DNA from: the human T2T-CHM13v2.0 reference genome, Homo sapiens | DNA length: 64,000 nucleotides | Direction: 5' to 3' (one strand) | NCBI RefSeq assembly: GCF_009914755.1 | Contig: NC_060945.1 | Shown: piece by piece, positions 1 through 23,999 of the stretch | Layout: each line of letters starts with the position of its first letter | Numbering within the stretch: the stretch's first letter is position 1 | The notes under the pieces: model-generated | What the model saw: only the letters and a program-made list of their open reading frames with translations | What the model was told of the DNA's origin: nothing | Database searches by the model: none | Translations under genes and position numbers: made by a program

Positions 1-2122
1 AAAAAAACAGAAAAATACCAAATTTATAAAATAAATTGAGGTGTTTGGATGAAAAAAAATACAAGAGCTTTGCCTTCATGTCTGTAGATCTCTTAATATA
101 TTATTGGTCTTGCATCTCAGATATCAAATAAAGGTACCTAGCTTGACACAAAAGTTGGTAGCTGCAAGGTTAAGCTGTATTAGTTTGATGATGGGCCAGG
201 AAATGATATATTTTCTAAATTTTATCCTTAAATATTGGCTGTAACAAATGCTGATATAGCAAAACGTAAGCTTCTATTAGACAGCAAGAGGGAAACTTGA
301 GTGAATGAATGCAACTTACCTCCAAGTCCTCTTAAAGGAGGTAAAATAATAAATACTGTGTTTTACCAGTGCTCCCCCCAAAGCATTATTCTAAGCATGC
401 AGGAGGGTATAGTGAGCAGCTACAATAGTAAGATCCAACCCAGAGGTAGGTTCAAGGCCAAGAGTAGGAGAGTGGTTGAGGAAATCCTCCTAGGGCCAGT
501 ACCATTTCATAGAATGCCCATTTGTGTTGGGGGATGAGTCTGGCCTATTTTCTTCTGATTCAAAAGCACATTCCCAATTTCAACCTTGCTGAAAAAGAGG
601 CATTTTTGTACCTGCTATTAAGAACAGCTAGGATACAGGATAAGGCTGGCATAAAATTATTTAGCAAGCACATGCTAGCTATTCCAGTTTGAAATCTACC
701 AAACTGTAAAATCGGGGAGAAATAAAAAGTTGAAGTTGTTGTTCCTCAAGATGAGGGAACAAAATCTTACAAAAGGTGGGATTAGGCACTCGCTTAACTC
801 TATATGGAGAACATCCTTCTCAAGCTAGGTGGAAGATGAGGAAGAATATTACCAAAAGCTGACCAGGCCATTTGGAGACCAAAAGGAAAGGAAAAAAGGC
901 ATTTAGGAAGCAAGCTAGTAAAAGAAGTTCTTCTGGGTCTGACTAAGTAAGTGAATCTAAGGGAACCATACCAAAGATATGTTACCCATTACTCCAGCAT
1001 GAAGCCAGTGGCAAAATACCTCAAGACATTTTAAACCCAGAGAAGTGTATGAAAAATATGATAGTTAACCAAGCAGATTAAAATCAAACCACTAATGGTA
1101 AAAATCTCTTCAGATCTGAAATCCAAGATACTCACTTTCCATTAATTCTGTGTTTTATAGGGGGAAAAGAAAAGTAACAAATGTAAAGATTTTTTTTATT
1201 TCTACTGGGGAGGGAGGAGGATAAATAGAACTGTTTTCCAATTTGCTCTCCACTGTATACACACATACCCACACACATACATAAGCAAACATACACCAAA
1301 AATACCCCAAACAAAAAACAAAAAAACCAGGAATCAAAACCCAGAACACCCTCAAACTGCACCAATACTTCATATTTTGACCAAAAAAATATCCTGAGAG
1401 GAAGGCAAAATGCAAAATCAAATGACAGAAAAATGCTGAACAGCATTATTAATATACAAAATATTTATATTAGTGAACTAGTAACAGGTGATGTTCTCTG
1501 TGTCTGTAAAACTTTGGAACCACATAGCTGATTTGTTCAATCTAGTCCATGCCAGCTTCCAAAAACCATGCCAGCTTCATTCTTTGATGCCTCATCAAAA
1601 TTTTCTACAAGATCGGGAACATCATCATCCTCCTCATCAGTGTCTTCTGGTTTTGCTGCTTTACTGTCCAAGACTTGCCGTGGGAACTGTTCAGCTAACT
1701 TCCTAAGGCTTGTTAAACTGTCAGCACCAAGCTGACTTAATATTCCAGGTATCATTTCTGTGATTGGTTTGGCTTCTGCATGACCAGTAATTGCAAAGGT
1801 GTTAGCAGAAAGGGAAGCTTGGACTTTGGGATTGTTGAAGTGAATAACTGTCCCATCATCTTTAATCATGTTCATCTCTTCAATACCAACTATATTATTC
1901 ACAGCCAGTTTTTTTAGAGAACTCTGAAGCTTTTTGTCGTCAGCCATGGCTGTTTTATGTACCACCTTCTTTCTGCGAGCTGTACCCTTGCCCCCTATCC
2001 GGACCTGAGCCTGAAGTTTGGCTAACTTTTCTTGATTCATGCTGTTGGTAAATCTGAAGCAGGGAGGGTCCTCCAGCACCAGCACGCGGCAAGAGCAAGA
2101 TGGCTGCCCGATATGCCCCCTC
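1..2122 (-). pseudogene. Full extent of the BTF3L4 retrocopy, including 5'UTR (2041-~2122) and probable 3'UTR (1-1536) running off the window edge
   Basis: A GC-rich leader (gccatcttgctcttgccgcgtgctgg...accaacagcATG) is directly contiguous with the ATG. Positions 1-1536 are repeat-free and U/GU-rich on the minus strand. No poly(A) tail or TSD is visible in the window. Confidence 0.6.
1537..2040 (-). pseudogene. BTF3L4P1: Processed BTF3L4 (NAC-beta-like) retrocopy; open 167-aa frame, antisense in CXADR intron 1
   Basis: Intronless [28 protein letters not shown]...[10 protein letters not shown] with ATG at 2040-2038; the track's start at 2085 is a GTG. Several substitutions, one Lys deleted and the stop codon lost relative to BTF3L4 as recalled. 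The symbol is assigned from memory of the locus. Confidence 0.9.
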
Positions 2123-2693
2123 TTAATCTTTTCATTCCTGCGATTATACCACCATCAGAGGAAAAATGCCTCCCCTCCAAGGCAAGCCTCCCTACATTGG
2201 CTCCTTACCCTGTCTGTTGTGGGGTCTCCATCGATTACCAACTTAGCTCACTGCACTAGATCAGAGGACAGGGCCATTACCTATATTCATTGTTGCAGTC
2301 CCTGCATGGTCTTGTGGCTCCTGGCAGACAGCTAGTGTTCAGCAAGTCCTTTTTGCATGACTGAAAGTTTTCAACTTCTTTGCCACTAGGCCTGTGTGTA
2401 TGATAGAGCTCTCTTCAGTTCATCACTCTCTCCCTTCTCATCTAATAAAGATGGTCCTTACAGTGATTATTCCACTAGTCATGTCTGAGTCAGTTTTTAA
2501 TCTAAAGAAGCTGAGCTTCTGCTTTATCTTTGACCTCGTTCTATTTTTTCTCCTGCTTCAGTTGCCAAAGGTTACAGTAATGCATGTGCCAAATTGGTTT
2601 ATCTCTTTGGAACTCCTTGACACCTATTTTGGTTCTTTCCCACCCTGTTGACCTGCGCTTTACTGTCTTCTAAAATAGGTCCCTTAAATGTCA

Positions 2694-3089
<396 letters not shown>

Positions 3090-3401
3090 TCAACCCACCT
3101 CTGCTTTGGATCCTGGGCCACTATTTCCAACTGCGTAACTATTCAACTTCCATTCGAATACCTAACACTCTTCACTCTCCAAGTACACTCACCTGTTAAT
3201 TAAGTGATACTTAATGTACTGATACTACTATGTGCAAAGCCATGTGCCAGGTGCCCCTACAATAGAACATGACATTGCAAGTTGCAAAAGCTTTGGCAGA
3301 ATTTTCCAGTCAGATGGTACAGCTTTTGCAAAGACATAGAGATCTGAAGGGTTTGATATGTCTTGGGAGTTGAGTAGTTCAGTGCATGTAAGGCACCTAA
3401 C

Positions 3402-3515
3402 CAGTGCTTCTCAAACTTTGTGCATCTGAATGATTCTTACAAGGAAGTCTAGGTGGGGCTTGTGAGTTTGCATTTTAACAAGTTTTACATGATGTCACTG
3501 CTGACCACGTTTTGT
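3402..3515. mobile_element. MER5-family fragment
   Basis: cagtgcttctcaaacttt...gtctaggtggggc...tgcattttaacaag. Confidence 0.6.
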
Positions 3516-3779
3516 GTGGGCAAAGATCTAAAGGCCATACTGAGAGCTTGGTGGGAGCTGACAGGTCTGTCAGGTTATGCACCCTAACCCCACGGTACTA
3601 AGACATTTGTGGAAGTGTCGAGAAGTAAGGTTATACGCTGAGATTTATTTTATTGAATGGTAGCTATGTAGCAGTTCTCAAGGAAGGTAGAACTAATAGA
3701 GCTAACACAGGAATCCTCTGGGATGATCTGGACGTAAGCAGTCCCTGTTGAAACGCAGCAGAAGAGAGTTGGGCTTCTG

Positions 3780-4682
<903 letters not shown>

Positions 4683-5067
4683 TGATAGAGGAGTGGGCAT
4701 CAGGTAAGTGGAGAGTGAAAAATAAACTTCACATTTGCAGGTGGTTTGACAGTGAAGCTTTGCATGTGTGGCCTTAATTCCAGAGGACAGTAGCATATCC
4801 CAGGGGAGAAGGTAGAAGCCAGCAGATAAAGACTCTTTTAACTTCCCTCCATCTAGGCCTACAATCTTGTCCACATCATCATTCCACAAAACATGGTATT
4901 TCTCCTTAAGGCCAATTCCTGAACTTCAGACCTTTTGGCTTCTCAGGGATGTCACTCTGTTATCCCATCTATTATATCTGGATTCCGTCAACTTTAACCA
5001 AGCTTATTTATCCCTCTTTATATTCCTTCGGTACTGTTGTCGCTTTGCCTTTATTTTTTATTTTTAA

Positions 5068-5373
<306 letters not shown>

Positions 5374-6855
5374 TAGTAGAGCGGGGGTTTCTCCATGTTA
5401 GTCAGGCTGGTTGTGAACTCCCGACCTCAGGTGATCCGCCCGCCTCGGCCTCCGAAAGTGCTGGGATTACAGGTGTGAGCCACTGCGCTCAGCCTTTATT
5501 TTTCTTTATTAACCAGATTTCTGGAAAAAATAGCCTGCATGTACTGACTGCATTATTTTCTTTCATGCCCACTAATTCTTCCATCCTTTGCAATCTAATT
5601 TTCATCCCCTTCTACTTCTATGAAACTGCAGTTGCTGTAGATTGCAGTTGACACTGTGGCTACATCCGGTGGTCACATCGTATCTTCAGCCTCTTAAACC
5701 TCAGCACAAATAGCTCTATTGAACAGTTTCTTTCTGCTCTTGAGCTATTCCTCATTTCCTTTTGTATGGTCCATTTCCTTCGTGTACCGTAAATGCCAAC
5801 ATTTCTCAGTTTATGGGTGCAGTTACTGTTTATTTGCCTACAGTCTCCAGTACATTTCTAGTCTCCCTTCTCCAACTTTACCCACATCAAAACCATCCAC
5901 TTAATGTCTCTACACACACTTCCCACAGGCATCTCCAGCTGATTCTGTTTCACACTCTTCTCTCTCATATTAATTGGCATTTTCAGACACCAAAATGCCC
6001 AGGCAAAAATATGAATATCTTACTTGGCCTTTCCTATTTTCCCATCTGCTCATATCCAATTTCGAAGTCATTGTGTCCCTCCAGCCACTACCTGTAATCT
6101 AGGTTATACCATTCTCTCTTCAGCTTGTTGAGATGCTTTCATAATTGGCCTCCTGTTGAGTGAACTTTACCCTGTCCTCCAGGCACATCCTGTTACTTAC
6201 TGCAGCATGTTCTAACCTTTATCAAGCATGCCGATACTGTCATTGTTTTCTCTTGCCAGAATGTACATTTCATAGGTCAGGCACTGTTTACATTGTATTC
6301 CCAGTATATGGCACAGGGCATGTTCATTGCATAAATGGGGAAAGTTATGCTAGACAGGAATTCATGTTTGTAGGCTTGGGAAGGACCTAGAAGAGAAAGA
6401 GCATTTGAAGATCAAGAATAGGTACCTCATGGAAGAGGTGAGCAGGGCTGGGCTCTGTGTCCTGCACAGGTCAGCTTTGTGTCAGCTTTGCCAGGTGTTC
6501 AGGAGTGGAGTTTATATCACCACTCACATTTAGTTCTCCTACTTGCAGCCAGTTCTCTCCCCTTCCCTTATTTCCACCTTTCATCTGTCATAGAAGTCAT
6601 CATCAGATGAGAGTTGATGCTTTGTGTCATTAAATAAAGGAAATAATTGAGGCTGGGAACTTTGGATTCAGTTTATTTGGTGGCTAGCAAGTAGTTGATG
6701 TGAAGATAATTATTAAATTAAATTAATTATTAAAATAAGATAATTATTAAAATAATGCAGAAAACAATTAAAAATTATCCAACCAGAATGACCTTATGGG
6801 TTTATCTTACTGTCTTTCATCTAACTTCTGTTTCTTAAGAAAACAAACCTAGTAA

Positions 6856-7391
<536 letters not shown>

Positions 7392-7522
7392 TGAGGTCAG
7401 GCATTCGAGACCAGCCTGGCCAACATAGTGAAACCCTGTCTCTACTAAAAATACAAAAATCAGCTGGGCGTGGTGGTGTGTGCCTGTAATCTCAGCTACC
7501 TAAGAGGCTGAATCAGGAGCTA

Positions 7523-7615
<93 letters not shown>

Positions 7616-7739
7616 CTATCTCAAAAAAAAAAAAAAAAAAAAAAAAAAAAGCCAGTTAGAGGCTGGGAGTGGTGGTGTGCGCCTGTAATTCCAGCACTTT
7701 GGAAGGCTGAGGTGGGAGAATCACTTGAGCTCAAGATTA

Positions 7740-7973
<234 letters not shown>

Positions 7974-8915
7974 TTAGACTTAAATTAAGCCTTTGAGTTT
8001 AAGTTGACTCAAGTTTTTGTAGTTTATTTCAGTTGGTGGGGTGTTTGCAGAAGAAAAGACTTTCTTGATCTATTGATAAAAAAAGGAAGATAGGAAAAGG
8101 GAAGGAGATAATAGTAACAATATTTTTAGGGTAAGTGTGAGATCAGTGGTATGGTTCAGTTTGTCCTTTGGTACTTGGTGAGAAAAAGGATTAACAATTA
8201 AATTAACCAACATTTATACATACTAAGAAAATGCAAATTTCTTTGGAAACGTTAAAATCATTTTCATTCTTTCAAAGATATTTCTTACAAAGTGGAATGG
8301 GAATGGTTTTAATTTCATTTACTTCTAAGAAATAAAAGTATGTTAAGATTTTAAGAAGAAACAACATAACTAATTGCAGTTATTTTTTCACTTTCCCATC
8401 GTTAGATGTGTGTTCTATGTGAGTTTTAGACATTTTCAGAGGAAGGGTGGATTGACTGTATGTTTGAAGTCCTCTCAAGGAATCTCAAGGGACATACAAT
8501 GAACTAAATGTGTTCAGCCCCCACCTTTGTTCAGTTGTTGGAGTGACTATCACTTATTCTCTTCAGTCTCTCTCACATGTATTTTAAACACTTGAATACT
8601 GGACAGTTCCCATGGGAGATTTCTGTCAAGGACCAGATACAAACTTTTGACTTTGTTTTGTGCCAGGGTAATTCTGCAGGAAGAATTGAGAAGACTCTTA
8701 ACTTACTCAGTTGTACAGTGGAAATCTGATACTTCTAGAATGAACTTGTAAATCTGGATGAGCAAAATGATCATATCTTATTTTTAAAGACAATTGCACA
8801 CGCATCTCATTTAGAGCCACTCTCTTAACCTTGGGATAGAAAGGACACATCATATTATTCTCATGTATAGGAAACAAGTCCTAAAGCCCAGGCAATTGTG
8901 GCATTGGTGTTAGAA

Positions 8916-9200
8916 CAGTGCTGTCCAACAGAAATATAATGCAAGCCACATATGTAATTTAAAATTTGCTAGTAGCCACATTAAAAGGCAAAAAGAAAAA
9001 TGTGAAATGAAACAATATATTTTGTTTAACACAATACATACAAAATATGCTTTTTTCCCCATGTATTCAAATGAAAAATATTGGGATATTAAAATGTTTT
9101 TCGTACTTTGCCAGAATCTGGTCAGTGTTTGACCTACAGCACATCTCATTTGCACTAGCCATGTTTCAAGTGCCAGCAGCTACTGTATTGGTCAGCACTA
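8916..9200. mobile_element. MER33/MER3-like hAT-Charlie MITE
   Basis: Terminal inverted repeats cagtgctgtccaa ... ttggtcagcacta; internal gccacatatgtaatttaaaatttgctagtagccacatt. Confidence 0.8.
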
Positions 9201-10191
9201 GGAGTTTTAGTTCCAGTCATCTTCCACCATAGTCCTAGAACATTTAACCTGAAAAAGCATGGGGGCAGTGTGCCATCAAAACAGCTTTCTCAAATGGAAC
9301 ATGCCTTTGGAATAGTTCTCATGAGATTTTACTTCTAAAATCGTTATTTTTTTTTTGTCACATAGTATTTGTTTCCTGTTAGCGATGAGCTAAAATAGTT
9401 TCTTATTTCTTACTTAATCTCTTGTAGTCATCAAAACATTTGTTACAGGCACACAAAATTGTATCAGCTCTCCTTATTCCATAGTTAAAGCCAATCACAT
9501 CTTGAGTATAAAGCAGAAAAGTATATGCATAATAATTATATTTTTAATTTGCCTAGGTGGGGAAATAAATGCATTTATGGAAAGGTCCAAAAGAAGCAGG
9601 ATAGAATGGCCCCAGGTAATGGTTGCTGGGGAAATTTGAATTCACTTAGAGTTATTAAAAAGGAATCTATACCAAGATTGGGGCAATCAGGTTAGACATG
9701 CTCACAACAGGGATAATTTTCTTATTGGAGTTAACTTTTTCTTCATTAACTTCAGGACTTTTCTATAAGGAAATACACTATTTGCTCATTTTGCTAATAA
9801 CATCTGTGTCTATTTCTTGGATATCTTATTTTCTGTGATCACATCTTTATAAGACACTTCATCTGGGTGGGTTTTGGTGTTTTGTTTTTGTTTTTGTTTT
9901 GCTAAATAGTCACTTTTCCTGTCTCATGTTAATTGAAGAGGAAGAGAAGCGAGCTGCAAGTTTTATATGAGCCAGGAGGCAAAGGAAGATTTCCTTATAT
10001 GGAGTGATACATATTATTCTATGAAGGTGATGAAAATATTCACCATGGCAACTGATCTGCCTTACCCATAATGCAAAATACCCTATTTGCATTTATTTTG
10101 CCAGAGAATTCTGAAATTAGGATCTATGTAGTAGAGAATATGAGGAAGGTAATATACTATTTCGGTTGAAAAGGAGAATAATTTTTCTTTT

Positions 10192-10295
10192 GACTCGTCA
10201 AGTGCAGTAGTAAGAAGGGGGGAAGAGAAGAACAAAGAGTTGGATCTGTAACTGTGAACAATTGATTGAAATAATTCACTACTTTTAGACCAACC
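10192..10295 (-). pseudogene. Y1 RNA (RNY1-derived) retropseudogene
   Basis: Minus strand reads ggttggtctaaaagtagtgaattatttcaatcaattgttcacagttacagatccaactctttgttcttctcttccccccttcttactactgcacttgacgagtc plus a short A tail. Degenerate flanking repeats aaggagaataattt / aagaagaatagttt. Confidence 0.9.
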
Positions 10296-10851
10296 AAGAA
10301 GAAGAATAGTTTTGACCAGAATTGGAATTTGAACGCTCCCCCAAGTTGAGTATGTCTGTGTGCTAGTGGAGTGGGGAAGGGTTGAGTCACAATCCAGTTC
10401 AGCAAATCTCTGCCAGGATGTTTACTTTTTAGCTCCCCTTATCTGATTTTCCATTGTAAATTTGTATTAAATATTTCTGATAAGCAGCCTCAATTCTTGT
10501 GGAAGTTTGAGGGCAAATAAATAATATGTACTTATGGGCAAGGCATTGTAATAGTTGCTTCAGGAGATTTAAATGAGTAACACACCATTCTAGTACTCTT
10601 GGCAAGCTTAAATCCAGAGGGAGGAGTCAGACAATTATTCGTGCAGCTATGGTACCAGGCAGAGCAAGGCAGGAATCATAGCAGATATGCTATCTGAAAA
10701 TGTAAGGTATTCTGATTATTCCTTCCATGCCTTAACTGGCATCTCTAAACCATTTTTCCTTCCACCTTGGGAACCCCTCATCCTTTGAGACTTCTGCCCT
10801 TTGCTTATATCTAACTTATAGTTGCTGCTCCTTTTTTATTTTTTTATTTTT

Positions 10852-15265
<4,414 letters not shown>

Positions 15266-17056
15266 TGAACAGGTCCTTATTGACAGTTTTCTAGGTCTCA
15301 TTCTTTTTTGAGGGCTTGATCTTTTAGTCTCTGGTGTTTGGCTATAAGATTTTTAACGTCTCCTATTCTATTTGCTTTTTCCTTTTGACTTATAAATGTA
15401 CTCAATGTTTCCCATTTCAAAAAGAACCTTTCCTTGACCACATATCATACACTGTCTATTTTCTCCCCTCATCGAGAACAAATTTCTCAAACTAGTAGTC
15501 ATTTCTGTCTTTGCTCACATCTCTCAAGCACTGTGGTCAGATAATATCCTGTTGCAGCTCCCCAAAACCTTCACTAAATCTGATTTGGCCTAGGACACCG
15601 ATGATGTTCTAATTGCCAAATCTAGTGGATACATTTCAGTGTCATTTTTTTTACATAATAAATTGTGAGTTCTTCCTAGTGGAAGGCACTGCTAAATGCC
15701 TTTTAAATATAAAAGATGACAAGACATAGGGTTATGTATCATAGTAGAAGTATTAGGCTTATCAGATGACAGTGAATTGCCTACTAGCTACTATTTATTG
15801 AAGAGTGAACACCAGGATGTGCTGCAGCTGTTCTAAGAGGTTTACATGTGTTATTTAATTTCTCCAATGAAGTAGGCATTATTATTTTTAATCTTCATTT
15901 TAGAGAGGAAAACATCTAGTCACGGAGAGGCTAGAAATTGCCTGTGGCCAAGCATTTAGTGAGATAAATTTGAATCTGAACCCAGATCTAACTTTAGAAC
16001 TCCTACTGTTTAAGAAATGTCTGCATTTGTTGGGAGCTGGACTCAGAGAACTCCTGCTAATGCCTTTGAGATGTGGATACAGGGGAGGAGAAGAAATGAT
16101 TGTCAGGGAAGGCTTCTTGTTGGTTGATTGATCAATGGGCTAGAATTAGAACATACTTAGTTAGGTCTGAAATAGATAATTTAGTTCAACACCCCTAATT
16201 TACATTTGAGCCCTAGGGAAGCAACTTGTCCAAAATCATACAGAGCTTTTTTGTGTAATAAATTTGGCAACAGTCAGATAACCTAGTCTGACATTTATTT
16301 TTCTGTTTTTCCAAAAAAAGAAAAAGTTTCACCCAAACCCCTGAACCATGTGCCACCTAAAATGCTACTAGAAATGTAGCATAGAAGAAGAGTATAAATT
16401 CCAAACATTTCTCTACCATGGTGATTGGAATAGGATTTCTAATAATGCACCCATTGTATTTTATAGTGACTTCAGAAATGAAATCTTTATTACTGTTGTA
16501 TGATGTTCGTGGATTGACTTCTACATACAGAGTGAGTGTGGCTCCAGAATCAGTCGGCCTAGATTTGAATCTTGCTCCTTCAGTAGCTTAGATGTGTCTC
16601 AGTGTGTTTGTTTCTTCATTGCAAAACACGGATGCATAATATTAGTACCTTTTTCTTGGAGTTGTTATGAGAATGGAAAGAGTTAATACGTGTAGGGCAT
16701 TTTGAAAAGTGCTTGGTCTGTCATAAGCACTCAGTAACTGTTTAGTTGCTGTTTATTGTTAAGGTGATGGTTTCCCCATTTCTATTCCAGTTTATTTCCT
16801 GGGGGCCTGCTTTTTGATTTCTCATTGGGGATAGGGAGCTGGGAATTGATATTTGAAAAGTACAAAGAAGAGCAAGTGTGTATACTTATGCCATTTCTCA
16901 TTGTTACTAATTTATCTTGCTGTATTAATTTCCTTAGCTCTGAGTACATATTAACAGTCTATACTGAGTAACACTCGTGGGAATTAAAGAACTAAAACTC
17001 CTAGACAATGAAGAGCATAATTTCTACTTCCCTGTATTTTCTTCTCTTTCTCAGCA

Positions 17057-17131
17057 ATATATATATATATATATAGCTATATATATATATATACACATAT
17101 ATATAGCTATATATATATACACACACACATA

Positions 17132-17147
<16 letters not shown>
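17057..17147. repeat. Compound (TA)n/(CA)n microsatellite abutting an Alu tail
   Basis: atatatatatatatatagctatatat...acacacacacatatatat, read directly. Confidence 0.95.
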
Positions 17148-21882
<4,735 letters not shown>

Positions 21883-22961
21883 GCAATTATATAGAGAACA
21901 CTCTGGGTGAAGTATGGAGAACAAGTTAGAATGAGAAAGTGTGGTTGCAGGGAAGCCAGTTAGCAGGCTACATCCAGGCCACGTGAAAGATAATAGTGGC
22001 CTGGATATAGGTAAAAATGGTTGGATTTGGAATGTATTAAAGAGGACATAGTATGCTTTGAATGAGTGAACGTTGATACCCTGCTGCCTTTCATTTTGTC
22101 TCCAGGTTTGTGCAGATGATTGGTGATGCAGCTATTTCTTGCATCTGTGATCTTATGCAGGGATTGATTGCCAAAAGTGTTGGTAGTAGGTCACGTCACT
22201 GAGATAAGGAGTTCAAAGGAGAAATTTAGGGTTGTGCTGGGGAAACAAACAGTTTGATCAAACATCATCTCAGCTTGCTGCCACTGGTCCCCCTGCCTCC
22301 AAATCAAGTATGTGGGTTGAATTATAAAATTACCCCCATATTTTCTTGTGTTATTAGAAGTCTTCCAGCCCAGCTTTAAAACTGTCGCTGGTTTGTGCTT
22401 TCCTTATTTTAGATTCTCAGGGGATCTACAAGGATATCCCTATTACCTAAACAGACTTCTTCCTGCTCTTGAATTTTCTTGTCTCATATCCTCATTTTTC
22501 TTATTTCAGTGCCTTTATGATCTTTCACTTCCCTCTTCTCCTTCCACATTAGTCTGGATTAAGTAACTGGTATTATTCAACATTTACTTGGATTTTGCAT
22601 AAGAAGCAGTTCTTTGATGTCATTGTCTGTAATGCCTGTTCCACAGGTTTTGTAAGGATCAGATGAAATAATTAAAGCCCTTTGCATAATGCTTGACTTA
22701 CAGATAAGCAATAAATTTAAATTCCTGTGCACTTCTGTATATTAATGTACATAATTTTTTTTTCTCCTGAGAGGGACCATCCAGGCAGTTCCCTCGTGTC
22801 TTTATTGGCTAATGGATTGAAAAGTACATTTTTCCATCATTTTGCGAATTCCCAATATGTTTAAATCTTCTTGAGAATTTCTGCTGAAATCATTACCTTC
22901 ATGTCCAGTTGAACAGTATACCCTATCCATGATGAGAAACTTCACTGCTCTGTATGCAGTC

Positions 22962-23352
22962 TGTATTAGTCTGCTCAGGCTGCCGTAACAAAATGCCATA
23001 GACAAAATACCAATACAAAATACCATAGATGCCTTAAACAATAGAAACTTGGTTTTTCACAGCTCTGGAGTCTGGGCAGTCCAAGATTAAGATGCCAGCA
23101 AGTTTGGTTTCTGGTGAGGGCCCTCTTCCTGGCTGGTAGACAGCTGCCGTCTCCCTCTATCCTCACGTGGCAGAGAGAGTGCTCCGGTATTTCCTTCTCT
23201 TAAGCGGATGTCAGTTCCTTCTGTTCTGGGCTCTATGCTATGGCCTCATTTAATCTTAATCACTTCCTTAAAAGCCCTACCTCTAATACAGTCACATAGG
23301 AGGTCAGGGATTCAACATATGAATTTTGGGGGGGACATGATTTACTCTACCG
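22962..23352 (-). mobile_element. MLT1A/B-like MaLR LTR
   Basis: tgtattagtctgctcaggctgccgtaacaaaatgccatagac...ttcaacatatgaattttggggggaca. Confidence 0.8.
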
Positions 23353-23999
23353 CCGTCCCCCAAAAGTATTTTTATTCTATTAATATATTTATTAGTATAC
23401 ATTATATGTTTAATGTTATGTTCCTTTTGAAAGACCTAATTTCATTCGATGATTGTATTTGCTGTTGGGTGAATGGAACCAAAGCTGAAGGTGGCAATAT
23501 TTAGTCATACTTCTATTTATATGAGTGAAAGTCAGCATTACTCCCCAGAAGCCAAATTTTAGTAGCATCTTTTTGCTGGAGGGGACTGGTTCTACCTGAT
23601 CTGTTTGTCCTTGCTCTTTGTCTGAGGTAGGTGAGCTTGAATTTCTTACTCTGATTTTCCTGACTGTTGTTGGACATTTAGGTTGTTTTCAGATGTTTTT
23701 GTGTTTCAGAGAGCATCAGTGAGTAATATCCTTGTACATATGAGCTGTTCAGTTATGAGAGTTCAGCTGCAGTTCCTAAAAGTGGATTAGCACACTGACA
23801 TTTCACACGTCTTCTACTGCGTTGACAGTAGGTTGTGCTGATTTACTTTCTGTGTTGCCACAGTTTCCAACACTTTTGCCAAGATTGGCCTTATTGAATT
23901 TTTTTAACCACCGTCAATTTTATATTTGAAATATGTTACGTTATTCTAATTTATATTTATTTAATTATAAATATGGTTGTGTGCTCTCTTGTTAATCTT

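Noticed and set aside
1132-1446. Hydrophobic minus-strand ORFs downstream of the BTF3L4 copy
   Set aside because: Products of T/GT-rich low-complexity UTR-like sequence with no coding signature.
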